A model generated the notes under the pieces. That model ran no database searches, had not been told where the DNA came from, and worked only from the letters and a program-made list of their open reading frames with translations. This document shows, one piece after another, positions 14,501 to 21,907 of a stretch of 64,000 nucleotides of DNA. Position 1 is the first letter of the stretch; the number at the start of each line of letters is the position of its first letter. Position numbers and translations under genes: made by a program. The stretch is from a virus. The stretch covers positions 12,690 to 76,689 of IMG/VR virus record IMGVR_UViG_3300020172_000530. One strand, written 5' to 3'.

Positions 14501-17500
14501 TACTAACGGCAAAGGAACAGCACCAAGAACATACAATCTATATAACAGTAGTGCTATTCAAGCTACTGCAAAGGCTTATATTACTAATGGAAAAGTATCT
14601 AGAGTAGTGTTGACCACATCTGGGTCAGGATATCTTAAAGCACCTAGAGTAGTATTCGATGGCGGGCTAGATACGAATATAGAAAATTCTCCTGCTCAAG
14701 CAGTGGCCGTGTTAAAAAATAATGTAGTAAGGTCAAACAAGACTATTATTAAATTTGATAGAAACACAAGAAATTATTTTGTAACAGAATTAACGCAGGT
14801 TGAGAATTTTGTAGGAACAGGCAGTAGAAAGCAATACTCTTTAAGATTTAGTCCAATTTTAACTATAGGTCATACTTCAGTTAAAATCAACGGTAATGAA
14901 ATCCTAAGAGATGATTATGCTCTTTCCATCAAGAAATCTAATGTTAAAGGATTTACTACCTACTACGGAGTATTAACGTTAGAAACTGCTCCTGCTATAG
15001 GTGACGAAATTGAAATTACTTACGATAAGAATTTTGAACATCTAAATGCTGCTGACAGGATTAATTTTTATTACAATCCTCAAACAGGCCAACTAGGAAA
15101 AGATCTAGCTCAGCTAATGACAGGTATTGACTATGGAGGTGTTATTGTCAGCGGATTAGGACTTAGTATTGGCGGCGGCTGGGATAGCCAACCCTGGTTC
15201 AGTGAAGGATGGGACGGATATGATGTTGGGTTTACAGACTATATTGTGTCAGTTAGTGATAGCACTTATGTATTTGACTTGCCTTATGTACCTGCTGCAG
15301 GTGAGCAAATTAATGTATATGTCAATGGTGTAAGATTAGATGATGAGTATTTTGATAGCTATGACGGAGTCACTGTACAACCTAATGGAAGAACTACTGC
15401 TCCTGAAGGCCGAGCAATGCAGACTTGGGTAGGCGATGGAATTGATTTCACTATTGAATTACCAAATTTAACTAGTAATGTTCCTGTTGACATAAATGAC
15501 GGAGATAAAATAATTTTCCGTAAGAGTACTAGTGATGGAAGTATTAATCCGGATCCAAAGAGTTTTGATACACAACTGCAAGGCGGTAACTTAGGATATA
15601 CGACAGCCACAGGATTTGCTCCAGATGACGTAGTATTGGACGGCGGCGGTAGATTTGTTACTCCTGATACTAGTCATGCTCCTGAGGAAATTGTACCTGG
15701 GCATATCACTGATGCTCTAAATATTAAAGTTTTCTGCTTACCAAGTTCTGGGTCTTCTAAGATAATTTCTAAAAATTATATCTGCGATGGTATTACAACC
15801 CAGTTTAGTGTCGGACAATTTCCTAACAACACTGCAGGATTATTTGTTAATCTTGATAATCAAATTTTAAAACAAGATGTAGATTATACGCTGGATTGGC
15901 AAACAAAGATTGTTACCATGGTAACAGCGCCAGCAGATAAAAAAATTATTAATATAACCAGTTTTGGAACAGCTACTGAAAATCTTTTAGATTCTAATTT
16001 CTTTGTAGCAGACGGAAGCACTTCTGATTATATTACCAATGCGCCTTGGCCACAGTTAGCTTTAGATGAAGACTTTCAACAGAGCATAGACAGATTAGGT
16101 TCTATTGTACTGGTAAACAATCAGACTGTTGAATATGAATTATTTAGAACAGACGAATCTTATGAAACTACAGGGTTTGTTGGAATAAGATTTCCAGCTC
16201 CGCCTCAAGAAGACTCTATAATAAATTATATAATGACAGGCGATGCTAATAGCACTATATCATTAATTAATTCCCAAGCACTTAATATAGACGGATCGTC
16301 TGTTTCATATAGTTTAGGAACGGTACCTGAAGGATATTCCAACCCTTATGAAAATTATATTTTAGTTGTATCTGACGGTAATTTATTAAGACCGGCAGAG
16401 TCACTTTATTGGAAAATGTCCGATAATGAATATGTGTATGAAATTCCAAATTATAAGGTACTGCCATTTACTTTGGATCCAAGTACTATTAAGGTTTATA
16501 TTAATGGGGTACAATTATCATCCTTGGATTATACGTTAAACAATTCTAATTTAACTATTGAAGTTAGAGATTTTGTTTACGAAGATGGCGCTATCTTAAC
16601 ATTAACCCGTTTTGAAGACACTGATTATACTATAAGTGGTAATAATATAATTTTTGACATAGCACCTACAAGCAATGTAGATGTGGTTACTTTCTTTAAT
16701 CACTCAGTACAAAATATTGTTAGAAGTAGAGAATATTTTAATATAACTTCTGCGTTAGTTCCAGGAAGCACTTCTTATTACCAGTATCAGAGTATAAAAG
16801 GGGGTGCGTTAAAATTATTTAGACTAGTACAATCTGATGATTACATCTGGGTGGCTAAAAACAGGGAGTTGTTAGTTCACAGTGTAGATTATTATCTAGA
16901 TGACGATCACAGAACGATTAAATTTAAAGATACATTTACAGATTCTGATGTAATTGATGTTATTTTATTCGGAGATAAAAACGTTACAAACAGCTTTGGA
17001 TTTATGCAGTTCAAAGACATGCTGAATAGAACACATTATAAGAGAATAAGTAAAAACAAATCTACACGTTTAGCTAAAGATCTTAATCAGCGTGATTTGA
17101 CAATAGAAGTAGAAAATGGAGCTGTACTTAGTGACCCTAACAGAGCACTAAATCTACCAGGAATTGTAGAAATAAATGGAGAACGAATAGAATATCTAAC
17201 TAAAAATGTTAATGTTTTAGGACAATTACGCAGGGCAACATTAGGCACAGGTAGCCCAGCAATACATAGAGTTACATCTGTAGTATTAGATATCGGCCCA
17301 ACGGAAACGATTCCGTACAACGACGAATTCATAGTTGAATCCAGCATCGGAGATAGTAATACCAAGAATATTGGATTAAGTTATGCTCCTACTAAAGTTA
17401 ATACAGATTGGTATACTGAAACTATTCCTGCTAATTATGGACGTAGTGATGAACTCGAAGTGTTTGTTGGAGGGTACCGTTTAAAGAAAACTCCTTACAG

Positions 17501-18101
17501 CTTGTTTGATGAAACTAATCAATATCAGAATAGTCCAGAAGGAGACAATCAGTACGAAGCAGAATTTAGTGTTGATGGTACAGAACAAGTTAGGTTAACC
17601 AATGAGGTAGCTGAAAATGTTAAGATTACGGTGATAAAGAAAATAGGCAGAGTTTGGGAAGATCCTGCTCCTCCTGCTATAGTGTTTAGAAATATCCCAG
17701 TAGGTAGTGGTGGCGCAGTATTCGATGCAAATAAAAATGGATTAACTTATACGTTAACTTTACGTAAAGGCGGTATAAACTACTCTGTAGGCGATGTATT
17801 AATTATATTAGGTTCTCGTTTAGGGGGAGCCACTCCTGAAAATGATATAGTGATTACAGTAACAGACGTTTCTGACGATAGTTCTGCTAGTATTTTAGGA
17901 TATACATATACCGGTATTGGAGCAAGTTCAGGATTTACCACAGTTAGTTTATTAGATTCTGATAATCCTGTGGCTAATTTCCTTAAAAATACTGAAGCAG
18001 TTTGGCCACAATACTTTGCTGATAAATATCAATATGTATTATTAACAGATACAGGCGAATCTATAACCGTAGACGGCGAAGAACCTCTGGAGCTTGATTA
18101 A
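2592..18101 (+). CDS. Giant (5169 aa) multidomain virion structural protein, baseplate/tail associated
   Basis: Coupled to the gp6-like gene (TAATG overlap). It has FG-GAP-like blades (FGxxxxxSxDGxxLxxxA), CBM5/12-like 'YxxGDxVxY' units, GxGY..P.V virion repeats, a YHYH-like domain and Ig-like 'VYVNG..L...DY' units. Confidence 0.75.
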   Translation: MANNDQEEFGLPIDGNEPRKTSNLLPRTYRTDSNKKFLQATLDQLTQPGKVKKLNGYIGQQNAKSAKSDDIYIDASDQIRQQYQLEPGAVIQDKFENVTFYKDYIDYINQIDVFGGDTKNHERINRQEFYSWNPHIEWDKFVNFQNYYWLAYGPDVIKVFGQQLEIESTYTVDLVDEDDNYAFLFSPNGLTRNPTLRLYRGQTYNFTVNSPGNPFSFKLSRTAGDLDRYLKGVSAVSVESGTITFKVRKDAPDLIYYVNEKDPTAGGVIQILDIEENTFLDLEKDILGKKDYTLTSGVKISNGMKLNFEGNVSPAEYKDGNWYVDGVGSAITLIPESALEIISTYTQESELLFDDTPFDKDPFSVASAYPRDNDYIVMARGSKDRNPWSRYNRWFHEDVIKVSAQANGKIPDIDQSLRAVRPIIEYEANIKLYNFGHEAKKDVDLIDTFTTDVFSIIEGSTGYNIDGANLAPNMRVLFTADPDILVKDKIFKVTFVDIIVPQRQIEFVADSTVNPNTDVITFETDHFLNTGVQVTYLNNGNNDISGLSNRQQYYVYVVSATQIKLFTDSKLTKQVDILTRGTSTHKFEVFVGKKRQINLVEEPDTIPIHYETVIIKSGDKNKGSMFWYNGVDWKLAQTKTTVNQPILFDVFDSNSNSYSDITVYEGSTFIGNKIFSYKQGPGLPDKILGFPLSYKNINNVGDIVFTFDLLQDTFNYKTSTFIQSKRTDIGFLRKISNLDTWSYENGWKKSEINSTQPIIRIFKESGLVNNFPVDVYDNTDQLSDLEVRVYVNGKRLNRELYTLERGVVRFSIVLDNDVTVNDIVTLKCFSQQAKNSNGYYEIPISLQNNPLNNNLESFTLGEVVDHVNSIVDNILDFKGMYPGPGNLRDLGNLTAYGTRIVQHSSPLNLPLYHLTNTDTNIVKSIIQAQEDYATFKRTFLITSGNTGVDMDSKRHVDLILEMMLKDRPSTTSYYLSDMFGYAGSTRLEYLVEDGRFQRIFSISRSFSLDTLSNQAVYVYRNGQQLIEGIDYIFENNDVFFTIIGELNDDDIIEVYEYETTDGSFCPPTPTKLGLYPKFKPSKYIDDTYLEPREVIQGHDGSITFAYGDYRDDLLLELELRIYNNIKQKYDPSIFDIWSFIPGYNRKTNYTKEEFERALSPSFFQWTSNINQDFTKQTYWDSTQPFTFNYRDNYYPDGTDSQAFWRGIYCWLFDTDRPHTDPWECLGFSVQPTWWQEVYGAAPYTKDNQLLWEDLSQGIIREPGKPPRYHEKFARPLLANSAPVDELGNLISPLNSNYVSGPIKSTPEGFYSFGDRSPVETAWRRSSYYPFALIKTILLLYPNIMMSVGFDRSRQVKNNTNQIVYSPSGLRIRLSDIVIPSTVNDATRIFSSGLVNYIVEYATSDVTFKITNYQEDLRLLTNKISHKLGGFTSKTKFNILLDSKNPTSSGGVFVPDDNFNIFLNTSSPVKKLAYSGVVVSRYSDGFEVRGYNFDEPFFTYYSYRQNERVIRVGGISESYVTWDSNKTYVAGKIVLNGNVYFRTKITHQSGDVFDDTLFAKLPGLPMTGGAEAILRKSWDTSQELFLAYGTKLATIQEVIDFLQGYGTYLQEQGFVFDQYNPKIKSVTNWETSINEFLFWTTQNWGEGSALSLSPAASKLVIKSDRAVVDDIRNAFYGYKIFKVDGQLLGPEFVSTFRGDNEFSIIPQNTVHGIYGGIFYLVQKEHVLLLDNTTLFNDVIYDQEPGYRQERIKIIGYITTNWNGGLSIPGFIFDQAYINDYQSWTDYNLGDIVKYKEYYYSASKFVVGTETFNSEDWVLLREKPTPKLIPNWDYKAEQFTDFYDLDTDNFDSEQQRMAQHLIGYQNRQYLENIIKDDVSQYKFYQGMIIEKGTQNVLNKLFDVLSADNQESLTFNEEWAVRVGEYGASGVYEEIEFKLDESKFRINPQPIQLLTQAPDSNIDLIYRITLGEVHVRPLGYNNNPWPTLGMKKALRSPGYVRYEDVKINIDTLDEVLDTPIDEFEEGDYVWTAFENRDWNVYRFTKNIFRIEDVEYSDGTLTLQCETFPDVTAGSIIGITHSEKIKGFYKVESVSARKIIIKTVVKDWNPPFADSSEILTYKFTSSRLDSIDNANAQLPPYIKDKELLWADIGSKNLSYNGVVPYTVYSNEKIFLRNTLENTDPMIDIKFGSKVSLCKNGKFLAVSTAANEVYIYEKSPATDVWYQHQLITPNLKLASTTNLNFGDEIAFSADGKWLAIAASTASNIKSNWKGDFYNSNSYAFGDVVQVRNTHFSARRSAVANDLSTVDRFSQDWAPTYLVTTEESKSASSNINQGYVNLYLRTSGGNYGLLHSFVSPTPTAGELFGSKMTFAQNGNEYILSVTSSGYNENQGRVYMFRYAELEEDSTQSGWHMDYRRSYVGIFSPGKQYYPGDIVFYNYELYQCITEQDPNSFEANASGWQILDDTSILGYFPQDVATNVTDVTPIVITNIVPNTPVTTGSIKFRRATISYATQASAPFTAGQFIEIRNANPEVYNGDWLVYSASATQTVIVCPFPRFLPAPNITVEDPLYKYVAGGILTLAIVSPTREQNVESVLPGDLFGYDVSMSGDGSKLVISAPNADQNTYNNYKGKFRSTEKYDVNDVVYYTGGVDPAGYYSYKKIFDSSIAGTFNSADWRLLTTTQFNNTGKIFTYEYDGDAFVLIDTLGAQNLNLTYEQRFGESLSVSDSGSHLAVGSTLYSADFSLQGSVKVFEAYSGSWAPYQTLTSTVPGTNHKFGHFVEFMNDSETLVVYNVNADIKNETTFDDSLTKFDNSTLRVIDLQILSGRVDIFDKYNTNYVFGESLTTNSTNDFSDGYGKSIAVGSNNIVVSAAKEHNQGYEDAGIVYSYRKPAGKTSWSVLHYERARPNVQQIKKAFLYNRRENILIKYLDIVDPVQGKIPGPADQEIKFKTYYDPATYTVGNASVNVDDGMSWTNTYNGMLWWDLTTAKFLENQGGEIVFRSTTWNTLYETASIDIYEWIESKLLPSERDKISDTEKGLISGISGKSKYGDSVYSIKQKYDTISKTFNKTYYYWVKNSTIVPNKEGRLMSADLVSRLISDPRNYGYPCLVLLGPDSFSLVNVDSYLEDKDVVLSVQYWTVENKENNAHTQWKIISEHPNTVIPYEIEQKWLDSLLGRDKNGRTVPDLKLPVKQRFGIENRPRQSMFVNRIEALKQFIERVNAILKPTLIVDEFDLTPLTKLEEPPSAVSGAWDIIIDTDEEFRFVGTSNLEQIKLLPVIEDGKIVDIEVAQRGKGYVNPPTSVITGKGKNAEIQIYLNDTGGVESVSILNQGFGYKSDTIITVRPFSVLVQSDSDSYDKWSIYHFNRTNRSWTKNRSQSYDVTKFWNYADWYLSGYDQFTKFNYIVENTYELAFLESNIGNIVKVKNVGTGGWILFEKYNDVITTDYTQNYKVIGRQNGTIQFLDLLYNFKGRAQGFDALLYDAAQYDAVPSAELSIILDTIKTKLLVDNLRVEYLKLFFSNVRYALSEQPFLDWVMKTSFVKATHNAGELQQKTNYNSDNLQDFESYVNEVKPYRTKVREYISGYTRLDNAALSVTDFDLPPIIDEDYKINPLTVMLNENYAISSSYSQLLDYPWKHWYDNASYSVETLELVDGGKGYIDPPVINIVDDYGIVTSTNTLQSNFDGPNSFWNLGEGTMKVVATGLPCHSYGIQDAENIATDQDYSQILPLRGGTYAAGIHASIPQGIIGYWLNGVAVFNPSAGDTVPEGFESVMDYNFNAAYASAEVLEYNFGHDRAGGLVTADGEYSYRDFSFKDAWLSGIGNDLADVNKIDTIEIPYLRSGFEHADGHSKIIGFALDGYPIYGPDGYSTATDPSSGIVRMTSSYGLRVVSYRPQILQDTSVYPMGIFIQDYEYIGNGSLDKHNGRYCITPDYPNGTYAYFVTTTSAGTPAYPYVIGPTFFGDAAPQDRNDATNGKGTAPRTYNLYNSSAIQATAKAYITNGKVSRVVLTTSGSGYLKAPRVVFDGGLDTNIENSPAQAVAVLKNNVVRSNKTIIKFDRNTRNYFVTELTQVENFVGTGSRKQYSLRFSPILTIGHTSVKINGNEILRDDYALSIKKSNVKGFTTYYGVLTLETAPAIGDEIEITYDKNFEHLNAADRINFYYNPQTGQLGKDLAQLMTGIDYGGVIVSGLGLSIGGGWDSQPWFSEGWDGYDVGFTDYIVSVSDSTYVFDLPYVPAAGEQINVYVNGVRLDDEYFDSYDGVTVQPNGRTTAPEGRAMQTWVGDGIDFTIELPNLTSNVPVDINDGDKIIFRKSTSDGSINPDPKSFDTQLQGGNLGYTTATGFAPDDVVLDGGGRFVTPDTSHAPEEIVPGHITDALNIKVFCLPSSGSSKIISKNYICDGITTQFSVGQFPNNTAGLFVNLDNQILKQDVDYTLDWQTKIVTMVTAPADKKIINITSFGTATENLLDSNFFVADGSTSDYITNAPWPQLALDEDFQQSIDRLGSIVLVNNQTVEYELFRTDESYETTGFVGIRFPAPPQEDSIINYIMTGDANSTISLINSQALNIDGSSVSYSLGTVPEGYSNPYENYILVVSDGNLLRPAESLYWKMSDNEYVYEIPNYKVLPFTLDPSTIKVYINGVQLSSLDYTLNNSNLTIEVRDFVYEDGAILTLTRFEDTDYTISGNNIIFDIAPTSNVDVVTFFNHSVQNIVRSREYFNITSALVPGSTSYYQYQSIKGGALKLFRLVQSDDYIWVAKNRELLVHSVDYYLDDDHRTIKFKDTFTDSDVIDVILFGDKNVTNSFGFMQFKDMLNRTHYKRISKNKSTRLAKDLNQRDLTIEVENGAVLSDPNRALNLPGIVEINGERIEYLTKNVNVLGQLRRATLGTGSPAIHRVTSVVLDIGPTETIPYNDEFIVESSIGDSNTKNIGLSYAPTKVNTDWYTETIPANYGRSDELEVFVGGYRLKKTPYSLFDETNQYQNSPEGDNQYEAEFSVDGTEQVRLTNEVAENVKITVIKKIGRVWEDPAPPAIVFRNIPVGSGGAVFDANKNGLTYTLTLRKGGINYSVGDVLIILGSRLGGATPENDIVITVTDVSDDSSASILGYTYTGIGASSGFTTVSLLDSDNPVANFLKNTEAVWPQYFADKYQYVLLTDTGESITVDGEEPLELD

Positions 18102-20930
18102 ATGGCAAAAATATCGGACTTAGTAAAAGTTATCAGTCCTACTGACGGGAACGTTTTACCAATTAGTGATGGGTTAACTACTAAGAAAATTAGTTTCTTA
18201 GATCTAAAAACATCTATTAATACAGTAGCTACGTCTACACAACTCGGTACAATCAAAATTGGAAACGGATTGTTAATTGACGATACCGGTAGAGTAAGTG
18301 TTCGTGATTATGACGAATTTAGTTTGCCTGCTGCAACAACCAGTCAATTAGGTGGTGTAATTATAGGCAGTGGTTTAACTGTAAATGAGTCAGGAGTACT
18401 TACTTCTGCGTATACTTTGCCCACGGCTACTCCTACAGTACTAGGTGGAATAAAAGTTGGCGAAGGTCTTACTATTTCAAACGGTATACTTTCTACAATT
18501 CCAATCAGTGTAGACGCATTTGATGATTCTGGAATAACAATTGGGAATCAAAGTGATTTCTTATTTTATATAGAAAATAGCAATACTCCTACAATTAAAG
18601 ATGAAGTCAATGGTGTAATCGTTTTAAGTGTTAGAGATACTAGTATGGCAGGCAATCTTGCTGATATCAGACTATTATCACGTAGTAAAACAACTGGCCT
18701 AGGAGACGACACTGCTCCTGCTCTAGTTCCAGATTTTAGCGGTCAACCTATGAATTTAGGAGCTCCAAGTTTAAAATGGAGTAAGATCTATGCTAATAAT
18801 TTTATAGGTAATGTTACCGGAACCGCAGAAAAAAGTACACAATCAGATACATTATTAGTTGGATCGAGTTATTTTCCTGCTAGTACAAGTGCTATTGCTA
18901 ACACAATTATGGTTAGAGATAGTATAGGTAATATTAATGCTAATAATTTTACTGGCAACGTAACAGGCAACGTAACAGGTAATGCCACTACTGCTACACA
19001 ATTACAAACATCAAGATTAATTAATGGCGAACCATTTAACGGTACTCAAGATATTACTATTTTATCGGCGAATCCATTTGCTTTAACTAGAGGAAGTTAC
19101 ATAACAGGCGGTTCAGCTACATATAACGGAAGTGCTGCTAGCACATGGAATATAAACGCTACTCCTACAGCAACAGCTAATACTGTTGTTGCTAGAGATA
19201 CTAATGGAGATTTCTTAGCCAGCACAATTACTGCCAGCAATTTTATCGGATCGGTGACTGGAAATGTAACTGGAAGCTTATTTGGATTAGCAGATAGGAC
19301 TAGTCGACTGGATGTTGCTAGAAAGATTAATGGTATAGATTTTGACGGAACGCAAGATATCCAATTGCCATCCAGCGCGGCAAAGGTAGATGAATTAGCA
19401 GGTAGCATTAAAATGTGGGGTAGTGCCACGCCACCGAGTAATTGGTTATTGTGTAATGGACAAAGTGTTAGTAAAAACACTTATCCTACATTATTTTCAA
19501 GAATTGGATATACATTTGGCGGAATTGGAGACTTTTTTAATCTTCCTAATTTAATTAATAGATTTCCAATAGGCGCCGGCGAGCTGTATACTGCTAATTC
19601 AACCGGGGGAAATAAAGATCAGATTGTTGTTGGTCACCAACATACTGCTACTGCTCAATCTATATTTACAGGCAATGTTCTACCAAATCATTCTCATCAG
19701 ATGTCGGGTAGTACAAATTCAGCAGGATCTCATGCGCACGCCGGCGTACTGCAAGTTGCTGCGAATCCAGATGGTAGACGAGTTACATCGAATCGAGCAA
19801 TTGGTCGTAATGCCGATGATGCTACAGGCGGAAATTTAGGAACAACTACGACCGTTGCAGGCTTGCACAGCCATACAATTGATGCTACCATCAATTCGGC
19901 CAGTTCTGGTGTACCTAGTGGAACCGTTAATACACTTGTAGCTATTTCAACAGTAGGTGCCAGCGGTACAAATGCTAACCTTCCTCCATATATTGGTGTA
20001 TATTATATTATTAAAGTCAGCGACGACGGATCGGGTGGTGGCACATTACAAGCTGGTACTGGCATTGATATTCAAACAAGTGGGTCTTATACTATAATAA
20101 CTGCTACTGGTGGCGGTGGTGGTGGCGCTTTTGTGCCTACATCCGGCGGCACAATGTCAGGATATTTGACGTTAAATGCTTCACCAACAAGCAGTCTTCA
20201 TGCTGCAACTAAATCTTATGTTGATTCTCAGGACAATATTGTACTTTCAACTGTTAATACTAAACTTCCATTAGCAGGTGGCGCATTAACTGGACCAGTG
20301 TATCTACATGCTAAACCAGCAGCAGCACTACAAGCAGCTACAAAAAATTACGTAGATGATCAAATATCTAGTATTATTTCAAATAGAGTATCGCAGATAA
20401 AAACTTTTGTTTGGGGTGCAGGTAAGAATAGATCTGACGAACAGTGGAACAGTTTAACAAATGAATTTTCTCAAGAAATACTTTCTACAACTCCGCAAGC
20501 TGTTGGAAGAAATGGCAAATATTTTCAAATTAGTATTAGACCAACATACTCTAACAGTAAAATTATGGTTGTGCTTGATTTAACAGTCAATGCTCCTTAC
20601 GTAAGCTGGTTTCAACTTAAAAGATCTATTAATGGCGGATCATTTGTAAACACAGTAGACACAACAGCTTATGGTGTTAGCGCAAATGGCGTTCAAGACT
20701 GTAATGTTGTGACATATCTTCAAGGATCTGTTTCTCCTGATTTTATGCAGCGGGTACATTTTACGTTTGCTGACCCTGATAATCTTAATACTGATGACAC
20801 ATACACATATCGATTGTATGCTTGTTCTAAATGGAGCAACACTGCTTATAGATTAATGTTTAACAACAGATATACTTATAACGATATGCCTAATTACAGT
20901 ACAATCTACGCTATGGAATATGGATCATAA
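18102..20930 (+). CDS. Tail fibre protein with phage tail-collar domain
   Basis: Collar motif AGSIKMWGSATPPSNWLLCNGQSVSKNTYPTLFSRIGYTFGG...FNLPNL. Also 3x AT..QLG.IKIG.GL repeats, GNVTGNVTGNA repeats, His-rich HxH segments and 2x GG.M/L.G...L.A.P...L.AATK.YVD. Confidence 0.8.
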   Translation: MAKISDLVKVISPTDGNVLPISDGLTTKKISFLDLKTSINTVATSTQLGTIKIGNGLLIDDTGRVSVRDYDEFSLPAATTSQLGGVIIGSGLTVNESGVLTSAYTLPTATPTVLGGIKVGEGLTISNGILSTIPISVDAFDDSGITIGNQSDFLFYIENSNTPTIKDEVNGVIVLSVRDTSMAGNLADIRLLSRSKTTGLGDDTAPALVPDFSGQPMNLGAPSLKWSKIYANNFIGNVTGTAEKSTQSDTLLVGSSYFPASTSAIANTIMVRDSIGNINANNFTGNVTGNVTGNATTATQLQTSRLINGEPFNGTQDITILSANPFALTRGSYITGGSATYNGSAASTWNINATPTATANTVVARDTNGDFLASTITASNFIGSVTGNVTGSLFGLADRTSRLDVARKINGIDFDGTQDIQLPSSAAKVDELAGSIKMWGSATPPSNWLLCNGQSVSKNTYPTLFSRIGYTFGGIGDFFNLPNLINRFPIGAGELYTANSTGGNKDQIVVGHQHTATAQSIFTGNVLPNHSHQMSGSTNSAGSHAHAGVLQVAANPDGRRVTSNRAIGRNADDATGGNLGTTTTVAGLHSHTIDATINSASSGVPSGTVNTLVAISTVGASGTNANLPPYIGVYYIIKVSDDGSGGGTLQAGTGIDIQTSGSYTIITATGGGGGGAFVPTSGGTMSGYLTLNASPTSSLHAATKSYVDSQDNIVLSTVNTKLPLAGGALTGPVYLHAKPAAALQAATKNYVDDQISSIISNRVSQIKTFVWGAGKNRSDEQWNSLTNEFSQEILSTTPQAVGRNGKYFQISIRPTYSNSKIMVVLDLTVNAPYVSWFQLKRSINGGSFVNTVDTTAYGVSANGVQDCNVVTYLQGSVSPDFMQRVHFTFADPDNLNTDDTYTYRLYACSKWSNTAYRLMFNNRYTYNDMPNYSTIYAMEYGS

Positions 20931-20940
20931 TAGGATAAAA

Positions 20941-21246
20941 ATGAACAAAACAAATATTTCAATTTCGGATGCAATTCTATCTTTGAGACCAAATGCTGAG
21001 TTTAGTATTTTTGGAAACTCGTATAATGACATAGAATGGTATTCAGAAAATATACCAAAACCCACAATTCAAGAAATCGATGCCGAACTTCAAAAATTAC
21101 AGGCAGAATATGATAGAAAGTCTTATCAAAGACAGCGAGTAGACGCATATCCTAGTATAGAAGAACAATTAGATTTAATGTTTCACGGTGGATATGATTC
21201 ATGGAAAGCAGCTATACAAGCAGTAAAAGATCAATATCCTAAGTAA
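20941..21246 (+). CDS. Small tail-fibre-associated protein (XkdW/fibre chaperone-like)
   Basis: DAILSLRPNAEF...PKPT..EI..E...L...Y...R..AYPSIEEQLD pattern typical of small proteins following fibre genes. The ATG at 20941, after AGGAT, is preferred over 20920. Confidence 0.55.
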   Translation: MNKTNISISDAILSLRPNAEFSIFGNSYNDIEWYSENIPKPTIQEIDAELQKLQAEYDRKSYQRQRVDAYPSIEEQLDLMFHGGYDSWKAAIQAVKDQYPK

Positions 21247-21295
21247 AATACGCACTTTATACTTTTAGGTAAATATTCAAATAAAGAGAAAACTT

Positions 21296-21907
21296 ATGCA
21301 AGGTAGAGATTTATCAGGAATACATATTGAGGGCCATATTAAAATTTATGACCCCGCCACTCAAGAAGTTTATATTAATAAACGTAATGCTATTCATTAT
21401 GAAAATATGAGTATAGCTCTTGCTGAATCGATCGCTAATTCCGGACAAGGATTTATTTACGAAATGGCATTCGGTAATGGAGGAACTACTGTTGATCCTA
21501 CTGGTATCATTACATATCTTACACCTAATAGTACCGGTACAAATGCTGCCTTATATAATCAAACATACACTAAAGTTGTAGATGATCGTAGTGTAAGCAA
21601 TGTTGACCCTATACGTAACAAGATAGAAACAAGACATGTGACAGGTGTAAATTATACAGATGTGTTTATAACCTGCTTATTAGATTATGGCGAGCCAAAC
21701 GGGCAAGAAGCATTTGATAATACTAGCGATAATAAAAGCGATTACGTATTCGATGAACTAGGCTTACGAAGCTACAGTACTACAGGAACCAGCAGATTAT
21801 TAACTCACGTGGTGTTTCATCCTGTACAAAAAAGTTTAAACAGATTAATTCAGATTGATTACACTGTAAGAATACAAAGTTTAACTGGTTTAAGTGAGGT
21901 TCAATAA
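21296..21907 (+). CDS. Conserved virion/baseplate-fibre attachment protein
   Basis: Lies among fibre genes. FDELGL...LLTHVVFHPVQKS.NR.IQIDYTVRI resembles tail-collar/fibre N-terminal domains. Confidence 0.5.
   Translation: MQGRDLSGIHIEGHIKIYDPATQEVYINKRNAIHYENMSIALAESIANSGQGFIYEMAFGNGGTTVDPTGIITYLTPNSTGTNAALYNQTYTKVVDDRSVSNVDPIRNKIETRHVTGVNYTDVFITCLLDYGEPNGQEAFDNTSDNKSDYVFDELGLRSYSTTGTSRLLTHVVFHPVQKSLNRLIQIDYTVRIQSLTGLSEVQ

Noticed and set aside
2592-18101. Intein or intron explaining the giant ORF
   Set aside because: No LAGLIDADG or C...HN splicing motifs were recognised; the length is explained by repeated structural domains.
18949-18985. 12-nt tandem repeat GGCAACGTAACA x2
   Set aside because: Simply encodes the common fibre repeat GNVTGNVTGNA; no sign of separate function.
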